From contig NC_081376.1 in assembly GCF_030684315.1 (NCBI RefSeq), forward strand, positions 18,333,018 to 18,397,017: a stretch of DNA of 64,000 nt, read 5' to 3'. The stretch comes from Stegostoma tigrinum (taxonomy: Eukaryota). Below are positions 52,901-64,000 of this stretch, one piece after another. Position 1 is the stretch's first letter; every line of letters starts with the position of its first letter. The translations under genes and the position numbers were made by a program. Below the pieces are notes generated by a model. It saw only the letters and a list, made by a program, of their open reading frames with translations, did not search any database and was not told the DNA's origin.

Positions 52901-53629
52901 GGTCTAGGGGCAGGAACACCACCACTGCACCATTAGTGGGCCCTTTATGGGATCTTTTGCATCCAGCTAAGAAGGTAGACTTAGTTTAATATCTCAACCT
53001 CGTCCCAAAAACAGCATCCCAATTCCATCTTAGTACTGCAGTGGAAGGTCAGTGAAGAGTTTTGTATTCAAGTTTCTTGAGGGGACTTGAACCCACAATT
53101 TTCTGAATGAGAAAAACAGTGCTACCAACTGAGCCATAGATAACCCGATAGAGGAAGAAATACATGAAACGTTTGTATACATTTACTATGTTCTAATTCT
53201 CTACAGAGTACAAAAACAGAAATTGCCAGAGAAACTCAGCAGGACTGGCAGCATCTGTGGGAAGCAGAGGTAACATTTCAAGTTCCGTGACTCTTCATCA
53301 GTTTCTCCAGCAGTTTCTGTTTTTGTTTCAGATCTCCAGAATCCACAGTTCTGTGTTTCACATGTAGGGTTCAGTTCCTTTCAGTTGCAATTCCTCTCTT
53401 GAGAGCTCAACATTCAATGGCTCAGTACCACCACTAACAGGAATGTGATAGTACTACATCTCAGTGCCTGTTACTTATAACAAATTGTCAGTTTCTGTGC
53501 AGAGAGAAACACGGTTTAATATTTCAGGTCTTTCATCAGATCTGGGAAAAGTTAGAAATGTAAGAAGTTCTCAGTAAGCAAAAGTAACAAGGGTGGGAAG
53601 ATGAACAAAAGTAAATGCCTGTAATTGGT

Positions 53630-54829
53630 TAATAAAATGTGAAGCTGGATGAACACAGCAGGCCCAGCAGCATCTCAGGAGCACAAAAGCTGACGTTTCG
53701 GGCCTGGACCCTTCATCAGAGAGGGGGATGGGGTGAGGGAACTGGAATAAATAGGGAGAGAGGGGGAGGCGGACCGAAGATGGAGAGAAAGGAAGATAGG
53801 TGGAGAGGAGAGTATAGGTGGGGAGGTAGGGAGGGGATAGATCAGTCCAGGGAAGACGGACAGGTCAAGGAGGTGGGATGATGTTAGTAGGTAGGAGATG
53901 GAGGTGCGGCTTGGGGTGGGAGGAAGGGATGGGTGAGAGGAAGAACAGGTTAGGGAGGCAGAGACAGGCTGGGCTGGTTTTGGGATGCAGTGGGTGGAGG
54001 GGAAGAGCTGGGCTGGTTGTGTGGTGCAGTGGGGGGAGGGGATGAACTGGGCTGGTTTTGGGATGCCGTGGAGGAAGGGGAGATTTTGAAGCTGGTGAAG
54101 TCCACATTGATACCATTTGGCTGCAGGGTTCCCAAGCAGAATATTGAGTTACTGTTCCTGCAGCCTTCGGGTGGCATCATTGTGGCACTGCAGGAGGCCC
54201 ATGATGGACATGTCATCTAAAGAATGGGAGGGGGAGTGGAAATGGTTTGAGACTGGGAGGTGCTGTTGTTTATTGCGAACCGAGCGGAGGTGTCTGCAAA
54301 GCGGTCCCCAAGCCTCCGATTGGTTTCCCCAATGTAGAGGAAGCCACACCGGGTACAGTGGATGCAGTATACCACATTGGCAGATGTGCAGGTGAACCTC
54401 TGCTTAATGTAGAAAGTCATCTTGGGGCCTGGGATAGGGGTGAGGGAGGAGGTGTGGGGGCAAGTGTAGCATTTCCTGCAGTTGCAGGGGAAGGTGCCGG
54501 GTGTGGTGGGGTTGGAGGGCAGTGTGGAGCGAACAAGGGAGTCACGGAGAGAGTGGTCTCTCCGGAAAGCAGACAGGGGTGGGGATGGAAAAATGTCTTG
54601 GGTGGTGGGGTCGGATTGTAGATGGCGGAAGTGTCAGAGGATGATGTGTTGTATCCGGAGGTTGGTGGGGTGGTGTGTGAGAACGAGGGGGATCCGCTTT
54701 GGGCGGTTGTGGGGTGTGAGGGATGTGTTGCGGAAAATGCAGGAGACGCGGTCAAGGGCGTTCTCGACCACTGTGGGGGGAAAGTTGCGGTCCTTGAAGA
54801 ACTTGGACATCTGGGATGTGCAGGAGTGA
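53630..54829 (-). mobile_element. 5'-truncated Penelope-like element
   Basis: Reverse complement of the same family (FKDRNFPPTVV, RIPLVLTHHP, NVVYCIHCTRCGFLYIGET), with the pLTR at 53630-53720. Confidence 0.9.
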
Positions 54830-55081
54830 AATTCCTGCTTCCTCAGCAGAGAACTAAAAGGAGCTCTAGAAGATTGGTGCACAGAATCCTCTAATAAAGA
54901 CAGCTGTAGTGAAGTGAGTGTCACATTTCTTTCACGTTATGTCCCAGAGAATAATGAACAGTTACATTTTGACCTTGTGCTAGAAGAATTTCTGAAGATT
55001 ACTTTCAACCTCATGGGGAGGCAATAGCGTAGTGGTTTTATTGGTTGACTTTTCATCCAAACACCCAGCTAATTTTCTGAG

Positions 55082-55279
55082 AGGAAAAAAATTACAGATG
55101 CTGGAAATCAGAAGCAACACAGAAATTGCTGGAGAAACTCAGCAGAGAAAAGTGCTAATCTTTTCTTAGCTAAAATCAGTTCTGAAGAAGGGTCACTGAA
55201 CCACAAACATTAACTTTGCTTTTGGTCCACAGATGCTGCCAGATCTGCCAAGTTTTCCCTGCAATTTCTGTCTTTGTTT
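55082..55279. mobile_element. Fold-back mini-element of the second pLTR family inside a SINE
   Basis: Arms cagaaattgctggagaaact and agttttccctgcaatttctg, with a CTGAAGAagggtca core near 55182. Similar copies at about 42950-43070, 43350-43480, 51275-51400 and 53208-53357. Confidence 0.65.
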
Positions 55280-58200
55280 CTAATGTTTGAACCGGAGTTT
55301 GAATTCCACCATCGCGGATGGTGCAACTTGAATTAAGAGTCTAATTCTGACCATGAAATCATTGCAAATTGTCAGGAAAAACCCATCCTATTCACTAATG
55401 TCCTTTAGGGAAGGAAACTGGTCTAGCCCATACGTAAACTCCAGACCAACCAACAATGTGGTTGATTCTGGTCATTTAAGGATGGGCAATAAATGCTGGT
55501 CTAGTCAATGATATCTACAACTTGTGAGTGAATAAAAACAACTATGTTTACCTACACTGGAAGATGTTACAACACACAAGAACAAGGGAGCAGGAATAGT
55601 AATTTAACCCCTTGATCCTGTTCTTACACTCAGTTAGATCGTGGTTGATCTGCATCTTAACGCTTTGGTTCTGTAATCTTCACACCATGCTGAACAAGAG
55701 GTCTTATGTATGACCTTTGGCACATCTACAAAATGCCTTATGCTTGACTTAGCTGCTAAAACTTGCACTTCTGAGGCAGAAAATTGTGGGTTCAAGTCTC
55801 ACTACAGAGACCTGAGCTTAAAATCCATGTTGTCACTGTAATGAAGTACTGAAGGAGTGCAGGAATGTTTGAGTTTGGGATGAGACATTCAAATTTGTCA
55901 GACTAGTCAGGTTACTTGGTGCTATTTCAAAGAGCAGAGGAGTACTCCTCTGTGTTCTTGATCAATATTCACCTATCACCTAAATCAGATCATAGGGTAA
56001 TTATATTCCTGTTTGTAAGATCTTGATTGTATGTAAGTTGGCTGTTGCATTTCCCTCCTCAAAACTGTCCAGATATGTGTTTTGAAAATATTTCAATAAG
56101 TAGCTGCAAACAAATCCACTTTCTAATTCAAGTTAGCAGTTTCATAGCAAAAACTTAACAAATCAGAAAACAGAATTTTGCATGTTTTCAGAAAAATGTC
56201 TTTATTTACAAAACTATTTCCACTAATACATCACAACAGTAAGTTTGGAATTTGAATCTTTTTATGGTTCAAGTAACCTTGTCAGATCTGACAAATTGTA
56301 CAGATCATCGTTTAAAAAAAAACACATGAAAATTGGTTAGACACTGAAGGAGTACCAGTTTAGCTACACTGTAGCAAGTTCATCATTGACTAACATTCAG
56401 TGAGAACTGCAGTGGTAACTTAGCCTTAGTCCAACACAGAGTTAGCAGTTTAGTATTATTGTTTTCCCCCAGTAATAATCTTATAAAGGACAACAGTTGA
56501 ACTTGACTCCAGAATTGCAAGCCACAGAACTACCTAGTAGCCACATCCTGCAATTATTCTGCCACAGCTGACAGCAAAATTGAATGGGAATTGTTGATAG
56601 AATTCGTCACAGAATCCCTATGGTGTGTAAACAGGCCCTTTGGCCCAACAACTCCACACTGACTCTGAGCATCCCACTCAGAGCCATCCAATCTAGCATA
56701 ACCAATTTGTAGTCTGCACATCTTTGGACTGTGGGAGGAATTGAACCCAGGTCCCTAGTGCTGTTAGCCACCGGGCTGCTGAATACTTAAACCAATAGCA
56801 AGTAATTGTTGAAGTTGTGGAGAATCTTTGCCCACTGACCCAACATCCCAAAGACTCTGGATCCCATGGAAAATTCTTCTCCCACCCCCATCCCACTTTT
56901 TTAAAAAAAATAATTATAAAGTCATCACACCAGTCCACTAAAGAGGGAGAGTGCTTCATTGACTGTACATTTATTTTTGTGAAACTATAAGAAGCATATT
57001 AAGTTTTATCTTTATAGGGATATAGTTCAGCAAGGAAAGGTACGGCTTTGCTGACTTTCTAGAATAATGGTGACTTTACAATAAATTGTATTTTGGGCAT
57101 TTCTAAAATCATTGTCAAGCCTGTAACTGGTTAACCAGAGTATAAAGTAATTTGCAGGCAATCCAAATCGTCATGTGCCTCACAAAATTAAGATCTTTAA
57201 TTATAAGTCACTATTAGTCATTGTTCATGAATTGGGCAAAGCTGCACGACATCCAGAATGCCCATAACAACCCTAGCCTTTTTCTTTAATTCCTTCATGA
57301 GATATGCATGTTGCTGGCTGGACCAGTATTTATTGCCCATTTCTAATTGCTCTTGAAGGTGATAGTGAGCTGCTTTCTTGAACATTGCAGTCAGTTTGCT
57401 GTAGGTAGACACATGCTATTAGTTAGGGAGGGATTTCCAAGATGGTAATAAGAACATAACATGGAACACAGGGTTACAATCTTAGAATAAGGGAACCGTC
57501 CAAGAAGAGAGGTTTGTTTTACTCTAGGATTATGAATGTGTTGAAATTCTGAGAGATTTTGGAATTTTAAAGGATTGAGGAATATGGGAATGGTTTGTGA
57601 AAGTAGAAGGCAGCCTTGGTTGAATGGGCGAGTTGGGACAAATGGCTTATTTCAACGAGTGACAAGAGAAGGCTGCCTGAATATTGAGCCTCCTCTACTA
57701 TTTAATATCATTTTCACTTTGCTCCAACTCCTTTATTCAACAAGACCATGGTTATCTCCTATTTCAACGCAATCTTTGCACACTGTCACAAGATCCCTCA
57801 ATTTCCTTCATGTTCAACCTATACAGATCTCATTCTTGAATGTATTCAATTACTGAGCATACATAACTCTTAAGTTAGAGAATTCAAGGTTCAGTATCCT
57901 GAGAGATGATCATTTCCAACCTTAAACAGTAAATTTTCCAGAAATATTGAATTGGCTTAAAGAAAGATTTGTATTTGTATCAATGTGCTTTATGTCCAAT
58001 GAAGTACTTTAAATTATATTTAATGTTGTAATGTAAAGCAGCCAGTTTTCACACAGCATTATCGCAAACCACAACAATATACTTAGCCAAATAATTTTCT
58101 TTGAGTAATATTGCTTGAGGCATACATATTGGCCTGAATTCTAGGACACTCTCCTGTTCTTCCATAAGTATCATGGGATATTTTCAGACAACTTGAGAGA

Positions 58201-58635
58201 ACAGCTTGAGCCTTGGATTAATATCACATCTGAAAAACACCTAACAGTACCACGTTTCATCAGCACTAGAGCGAAAATGGGAGGTTTTGAAATTTGAAAG
58301 GCTCATGGTAAATGCACATTAATTCATTTTAACAAGGCATAACGTGGTACACTGAGGAAGGTGCTGTGTTCATGTCAAATGTGTCACACCTCTGTTGAGA
58401 TGTTACTACAAGATACTTGTCAAGTCAATGGCTGGAGAGAAGATGCTGGATCTGAGTGAATCAAATGATCACTGTGACGGATATTCGGTAGTCAGGTGCT
58501 GCAGACTAACACAATAACTTCAACCAGGCAGTAAACCCATGTGGTGTATGGATTATTTATTGTGCTTTTAAGAGTCAATTTTACGTTTGGTCCTCAAGAA
58601 TGAAGTTTGTACTCACTCATCATAGTCTTATTGCA

Positions 58636-58669
58636 AACTAACAAGTTTTTTTTTGGGTTTAATCCACAG
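58636..58669 (+). promoter_or_regulatory. Branch point / pyrimidine tract / 3' splice acceptor upstream of METTL4
   Basis: aACTAAC, then a T-run, then ccacAG ending at 58669, 231 nt before the ATG. Confidence 0.5.
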
Positions 58670-58900
58670 ATTTCCATATTGGCATTTGGAAGTTTCAGGT
58701 TTACAACCGAAGTAGCAGCTAATGATCTGCTGAAAACAGATTTCTTTATATACCTTTCAAACAAGTGACAGTGGAGGAGAGACAGTGGGGAAAAGGGAAG
58801 TGGGCTAGTTATTGGTGAAGGAAGAGTTTGAGTTAGCAGAGAGTGGAAGCAGGAGACGACGCTCAAGCAAACTCTGTTCTTGCTGCAAGCGTCGGGAGTG

Positions 58901-60181
58901 ATGTCTGTGGTCAAGAGTGACTCTGTGGGATGGCTACTGGATCACCAAGCCTACATCAACCAGTCGTACAGATGCTGCCATCACATTCCACCTGATACCC
59001 GATGCTGTCGATACATTTTCAAGGCAGCATATTTTGACATTGAGAAGCCCCATATTGGTGACACAGAATCAAAAGAAGACCAGGAGCCAGTGGGTGGAGA
59101 TTCAAGACCAAAAGGCAGAAAGCGCAAGAGGAAAAGTCATGCACTGAACCAAGGAGAAGTAGACGCAGAAGAATACCACAAACAGGTCAGCCTGACTATT
59201 CGGAATGGCACTAGAAAGCTGATAGAGCAAAGCACAGTCTCAAGGATACCAGTTGGAAGAGAATGCATTAAGAGACAAATCACTCCAGTGGCTGCCGACT
59301 CTATGTTGGTGGAGCTCTGCTCAATGGCAAAGCAGATGACACGTGAGCAATGCCACTCCGTGCAGGTAATTAGCAATGAGGCAGATTCCATAACAAACCT
59401 GAATCTGCTCGGCCACCTTACTGAGAATAGCACAGACTGTGCAAGAATTGTGATGTTGATGGGGCAGAGGTACTTACTTCCACCACACTCTAGCTTCCTC
59501 CTGTCAGACATCTCCTGCATGGAACCCCTCTTGGGCTACAAAAAATATGACGTGATTACTTTGGATCCACCCTGGGAAAATAAGTCAGTCAAGAGAAGCA
59601 AAGGCTACAGTCACCTCTTCCCTTGGCAGATCCAACAGATTCCTGTGCCAGCACTCTCAGCTCCAGGCTGCCTGGTGGTGAGCTGGGTCACCAATCGGCA
59701 AAGACACCTGCGCTTTGTCAAGGAAGAGTTATACCCTAGCTGGTCCGTTGACGTAGTTGCAGAGTGGCACTGGGTGAAGGTAACCCGGCATGGAGAGTTT
59801 GTGGTCCCTTTAGATTCCACCCACAAGAAACCCTACGAGATCCTGGTTCTCGGCAGGTATAAAGGAAGCCCAGAAAGACAAAATGGAGAACATGTCACTG
59901 AAACAATCACAGTGCCTGACCACAAGCTGCTGGTCAGTGTTCCCTGTCTCCTTCATTCCCACAAGCCACCATTAGGGGAGGCACTGAAAGGATTGACTAC
60001 TCCAAACCCTGAATGCCTGGATCTGTTTGCCCGAAATCTGCAGCCCGGATGGACCAGCTGGGGGAACGAAGTACTTCGATTTCAACATTTGGACTACTTC
60101 CAGGAGTTAAGCACAGGAGGAGATAGTGACTGCTGTATTCTCAGACAGTCATCTGCACAAGTCATTTCTCCTTCTTGTTAA
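58901..60181 (+). CDS. METTL4: METTL4 N6-adenine methyltransferase (MT-A70 family), single-exon ORF, 426 aa
   Basis: Starts MSVV..GWLLDH like human METTL4 (MSVV..GWLLDH). Contains KRKRK..NQGE, LMGQRYLLPPHSSFLLSDISCM, catalytic DPPW (59564-59575), WVTNRQRH, EWHWVKVT, HKKPYE, HSHKPPL and LFARNLQPGWTSWGNEVLRFQH. No stops or frameshifts. AATAAA at about 60318-60327. Confidence 0.96.
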   Translation: MSVVKSDSVGWLLDHQAYINQSYRCCHHIPPDTRCCRYIFKAAYFDIEKPHIGDTESKEDQEPVGGDSRPKGRKRKRKSHALNQGEVDAEEYHKQVSLTIRNGTRKLIEQSTVSRIPVGRECIKRQITPVAADSMLVELCSMAKQMTREQCHSVQVISNEADSITNLNLLGHLTENSTDCARIVMLMGQRYLLPPHSSFLLSDISCMEPLLGYKKYDVITLDPPWENKSVKRSKGYSHLFPWQIQQIPVPALSAPGCLVVSWVTNRQRHLRFVKEELYPSWSVDVVAEWHWVKVTRHGEFVVPLDSTHKKPYEILVLGRYKGSPERQNGEHVTETITVPDHKLLVSVPCLLHSHKPPLGEALKGLTTPNPECLDLFARNLQPGWTSWGNEVLRFQHLDYFQELSTGGDSDCCILRQSSAQVISPSC

Positions 60182-60596
60182 CAGCATCAGTGCTATCACG
60201 GTGGGTTCTTGCAAAGAATGAAACGGGGTTGTGGGGTGGGGGGGGGGGGGTGCGCTGGCACTTCTTGCTAGGAGGTAAAATATTAATTTTAAATTTACAT
60301 TGGATAATGGAAAAACAATAAATAAAAATATTTTTAAAAATTGATTTTTTTCATCTTTCAGGGGAGGGAGATTCCTGTTTGAAATCTGATTCTCACCAAG
60401 AATTTTATCATAATTCATGACCTCCATATCGCAAAGTACTTTCCAATCAGCAAAGCATTTTTGAAGGTGCAGTCAGTTGTAGGATATGCAAAAGTCAATT
60501 TTAACATGAGGTCCCATCTGTAACAGTATGATGGCACTGTAGCTAGTGTCTCTATCTTTAAAGGTGAAGACCCAGGGTTCAAATCCCACCTCTTCT

Positions 60597-61015
60597 ATAA
60601 TAAGACCATAAGACATAGGAGTGGAAGTAAGGCCATTCGGCCCATCAAGTCCACTCTGCCATTTAATCATGGCTGATGGGCATTTCAACTCCATTCTCCC
60701 CACAGCCTTTAATTCCTTGTGAGATCAAGAATTTATCAATCTCCGCCTTGACGACATTTATAGTCCCGCCCTCCACTGCACTCCATGGCAATGAATTCCA
60801 CAGGCCCACCACTCTCTGGCTGAAGAAATGTCTCCACATTTCCGTTTTAAATTTACCCCCTCTAATTCTAAGGCTGTGCCCACAGGTCCTAACTGTGCCC
60901 CGCCTAACTGAAACAACTTCCCAGCGTCCACCCTTTCTAAGCCATACATTATCTTGTAAGTTTCTATTAGATCTCCCCTCAACCTTCTGAACTCTAATGA
61001 ACACAATTCCAGGAT
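60597..61015 (-). mobile_element. CR1 3' end
   Basis: SLEFRRLRGDLIETYKI, FFSQRVVGLWNSLP and a (tcttatgg) tail. Confidence 0.88.
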
Positions 61016-61487
61016 CCTATAATGCCAGAATAGGTTGTTTTAAAATACCTATGGCAATGTGATGAACACGTAACTTGTTCTAGTGATGTTAGGTAAGAGA
61101 TTATATATTTGCTGGTGCACAAGAGAGGAACCCCCCCATTCTCTTTGAAATAATGCAGAGAAATAGTTAACATGCATTTCTTTTCAATATTTCTCAAAAA
61201 ACCACTACTTCAGATATTGTGGTACTCCTCACTGCTGTATTGGAGCATCAGCCTAGATTATGTGCTTAAGTCTGTGGAGTGGAGATTGAAACTAATCTTT
61301 CACTCAAAACAGTTCTACACAGTAAGCCAGGGTTGACGCTTATTCCAAATATCATCTCACTGCAGATAACTGATATTTCCACAAAGGAAGTGGTGCACTG
61401 TCGGGTTGAGTTGCTCTCCTGAGGTAGTATATTGCTTCCACACAGCAACTCCTGACCAGAGACATAAATGCCAACAATTCAGCATCA

Positions 61488-62590
61488 ATAAAATCAGAAA
61501 ATGCTGGAGAGACTCAGCAGGTCAGGTGCATTGGTGGGGAGAGAAACAAACTTAATGCTTCAGTTTTGTGGCCTTCCAGCAGAACTGGAGAAAAGTTAAC
61601 ATGTAATAGAGCGAGGATGAGGAGTCAGACAAAAGGATAAAAAGTCAGGGGATATGGAATGAGGGAAGAATTGGTTTTATAGGGCTGAAGGGAATGGTAA
61701 TGAAACAAGAAATTAAACAAAAGATGGACACAGAGCAGTGTGCTGCTGACAATGCAAAAATAAAAAAAAACAAAGCTAAAGAAAAAAGTAACAAAAAAGA
61801 CTAAGCAGAGATTGTGGACTGAAGTTGTTGAAATCTGTATCAAGCTGCAAGGCTGTGAAATACCTAACTGAAACAAAGGTAGTTCTTCTGAACCTTTAAC
61901 AAGCAGGAGAAAGACAAGTGTCAGCATGAGGAGAATGACAATGACCAGAGGCTTATAGTCATGCTTCAGGACCGAAAAGGTACCCAACCTGTATTTGTCT
62001 CCCCAGTGTGAAAGAAACTGCATTCTGAGCAAATACTTCTTACAGTCTAATCTGCTGTAAGTACAAATAAATTGTTGTTTCATCTGAAATGAGTGTTTAG
62101 CACTTTGGCTAATGGAGAGAAAGAGAGGAGGTTGAAGGGAAAGTGTTACATCTGCATTTTTATGGAAAGGTGCTGTGGGAAGGGAACAGTGTGTTTGGAA
62201 TGGAACTGGGTTTTACAGAGTGAATGATCCCTTTGATGTAGTGAAAGGTGAGGACAACAAAATTGTGTTACATGATGCCATCATGCTAGAGGTGGCAAGA
62301 AACGGTCTGTTGAATACATAAGCTGGTGGAGGTGAACAAAGTCTAGTGAAGGTACAATGAGTGAGTCAAGGATGTAACGAGTAGGGTGAAAAATTGAAAG
62401 CAGTTCAGGTACACTTGGTATCACCTCCTATTTGGAAAAAGGGAGAGGAATTAAAAGGGTGAATTGTTGAACAGGGTCAAATAAACAGGCAGAGGAGGAT
62501 GTTGGTTGATAGAAACTGGTTGAGCTTCTGTTTAAGGAAGAAGCAGTGAGCCCTCAAACCATCATGCATGGGGATTAGCATTTGGAAAGA
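61488..62590 (-). mobile_element. Old degenerate Penelope-like element of a second subfamily
   Basis: The 3' end resembles the 'gaaattgctggagaaactcagcagg' pLTR family. 62090-62330 aligns loosely with the PLE linker region at 54420-54660. Confidence 0.55.
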
Positions 62591-62612
62591 AAGTGTCAAG
62601 TTGCTGGTCTAA

Positions 62613-62827
62613 GAGATAAAGAGAACTGCAGATGCTGGAGAATCCAAGATAACAAAATGTGAAGCTGGATGAACACGGCAGGCCAAGCAGCATCTCAGGA
62701 GCACAAAAGCTGACACGTTTTGGGCCTAGACCCTTCCTCTGATGAAGGCTCTAGGCCCGAAACGTCAGCTTTTGTGCTCCCGAGATGCTGCAAGCCCTGC
62801 TGTGTTCATCCAGCTTCACACTTTGTT
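62613..62827. mobile_element. Fold-back PLE pLTR mini-element
   Basis: Inverted arms. 15-bp TSD aagttgct(g/c)gtctaa at 62598-62612 and 62828-62842. Confidence 0.85.
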
Positions 62828-64000
62828 AAGTTGCTCGTCTAACTGGATTCTGTGATATCAGTGCTAATTAGCAAACTACAACTGCCAACAGCTACCTTGA
62901 TAAATAATCAAGAAAAATACATTCCTATTCATGACTGTATCAGAGGGTTATCCTAAACTTGTTGCACTCTTGCAATAACCCTGTTTTCCATTGAAATAAT
63001 GCAAGTATCAAAATAGCAGCAAATAATTTTTTAAAAATTAACAACCAGACAAAAACAAAGTAAGACTCAGAGTCCAGTTGCTTCATAACAAAATTAGTCA
63101 TACAGTTCATAGCCCATAGTCATATAGTGTATACAATTATTCTTCCACTTTCCCCACAAATATTTAAATGCATTCACAGTCATTTAAACTAGAACGACTC
63201 CAATCCTTTAATCAATTTATAAAGCTCTACTTCCTGTTATAATGAAGAACGTAAACATGATGTAAACTGCTTAGGGATCCTGAATCTGGCTCAGTAGTTG
63301 CTGATTTCCTACAACAATTAGTTCTTGAAATTAATATAGTAGCGAGCACAAACAAACAGTTAACTACATGAGAGGTGGGCATAATTTGTGATTAGTTATC
63401 TGCTTTTCAGTATTTGCCTTTAAATTTGTAAATTCAGGGCCTGGCATGGAAGGATCACTTACCATCCGTACCTCCCCAAACAGCATCAGTATTGGTTATA
63501 CAGCACAGCAAGAGCACAAACACTGAACAGTATTCTTCTATTCACTGTCAAACTTAGGGTACCTGTTTGCTCAATTATTGTCCATTATTTAGCAAAGTGC
63601 ACAATAGAGTATTGTGTCCAATTAGACTGATCTAATCCGAATGTGCGTTCTCAGTGGTGTCCAAACACGTTTTTCAATCCAATAAAACACAACTTCCTCC
63701 CTTTTTGTTTAAAAACACGTCTTGGCATTTGTACGCCCACCATGTTGGAGGATGAAGGAGTCACAAGTGCAATGAGGCCACGTAATGTCAGTAGTTGTGG
63801 GCACAGACATCGGGAATGCATCACTATAAATTGTTATTTCTTTTAGCCAGAGTAATATTTTAATCAATCATTCATGAGGTGTCTGGCACAGGTGAGGTCA
63901 GTGGTTATTACCCATCCTAACTATACATGTGACAGTTGCCTTGGCCTTCTTGAACCACCAAAGTCTGAAAATTGAAGGTACTCCTGCACACTGCTGTTGG

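Noticed and set aside
58880-58900. ORF-track start 7 codons upstream of METTL4
   Set aside because: It is a TTG. Homology begins at the ATG at 58901 (MSVV).
61625-62083. 152-aa hydrophobic ORF
   Set aside because: Lies in the T-rich tail of a decayed PLE; a compositional artefact.

Overview
Eukaryotic, repeat-dense genomic DNA. The repeat content (CR1 LINEs, HE1/V-SINEs, Neptune-type Penelope-like elements) suggests a cartilaginous fish, probably a shark; this is inference. Two protein-coding genes are well supported. (1) A spliced small Maf bZIP gene (MafK/MafG-like, 140 aa) on the minus strand, with coding exons 33665-33700 and 31893-32279 and a probable non-coding first exon in a small CpG-rich promoter near 46.0-46.2 kb. 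(2) An intact, completely intronless METTL4 ORF (58901-60181, +) that looks like a functional retrogene, diverging from the Maf gene. Most of the rest is nested mobile DNA: CR1 copies, Penelope-like elements (PLEs), SINEs, a Rex1-like LINE, a Gypsy gag relic and a solo LTR. The most unusual structure is a set of very short, often fold-back PLE-terminus insertions that carry a minimal hammerhead-ribozyme core and are flanked by 13-15 bp target-site duplications (TSDs). Other points of interest are MARE/AP-1 motifs in Maf intron 1, CTCF motifs, a possible beta/gamma-crystallin pseudo-exon and two local duplications. All analysis was by eye, so boundaries of old repeats are approximate.
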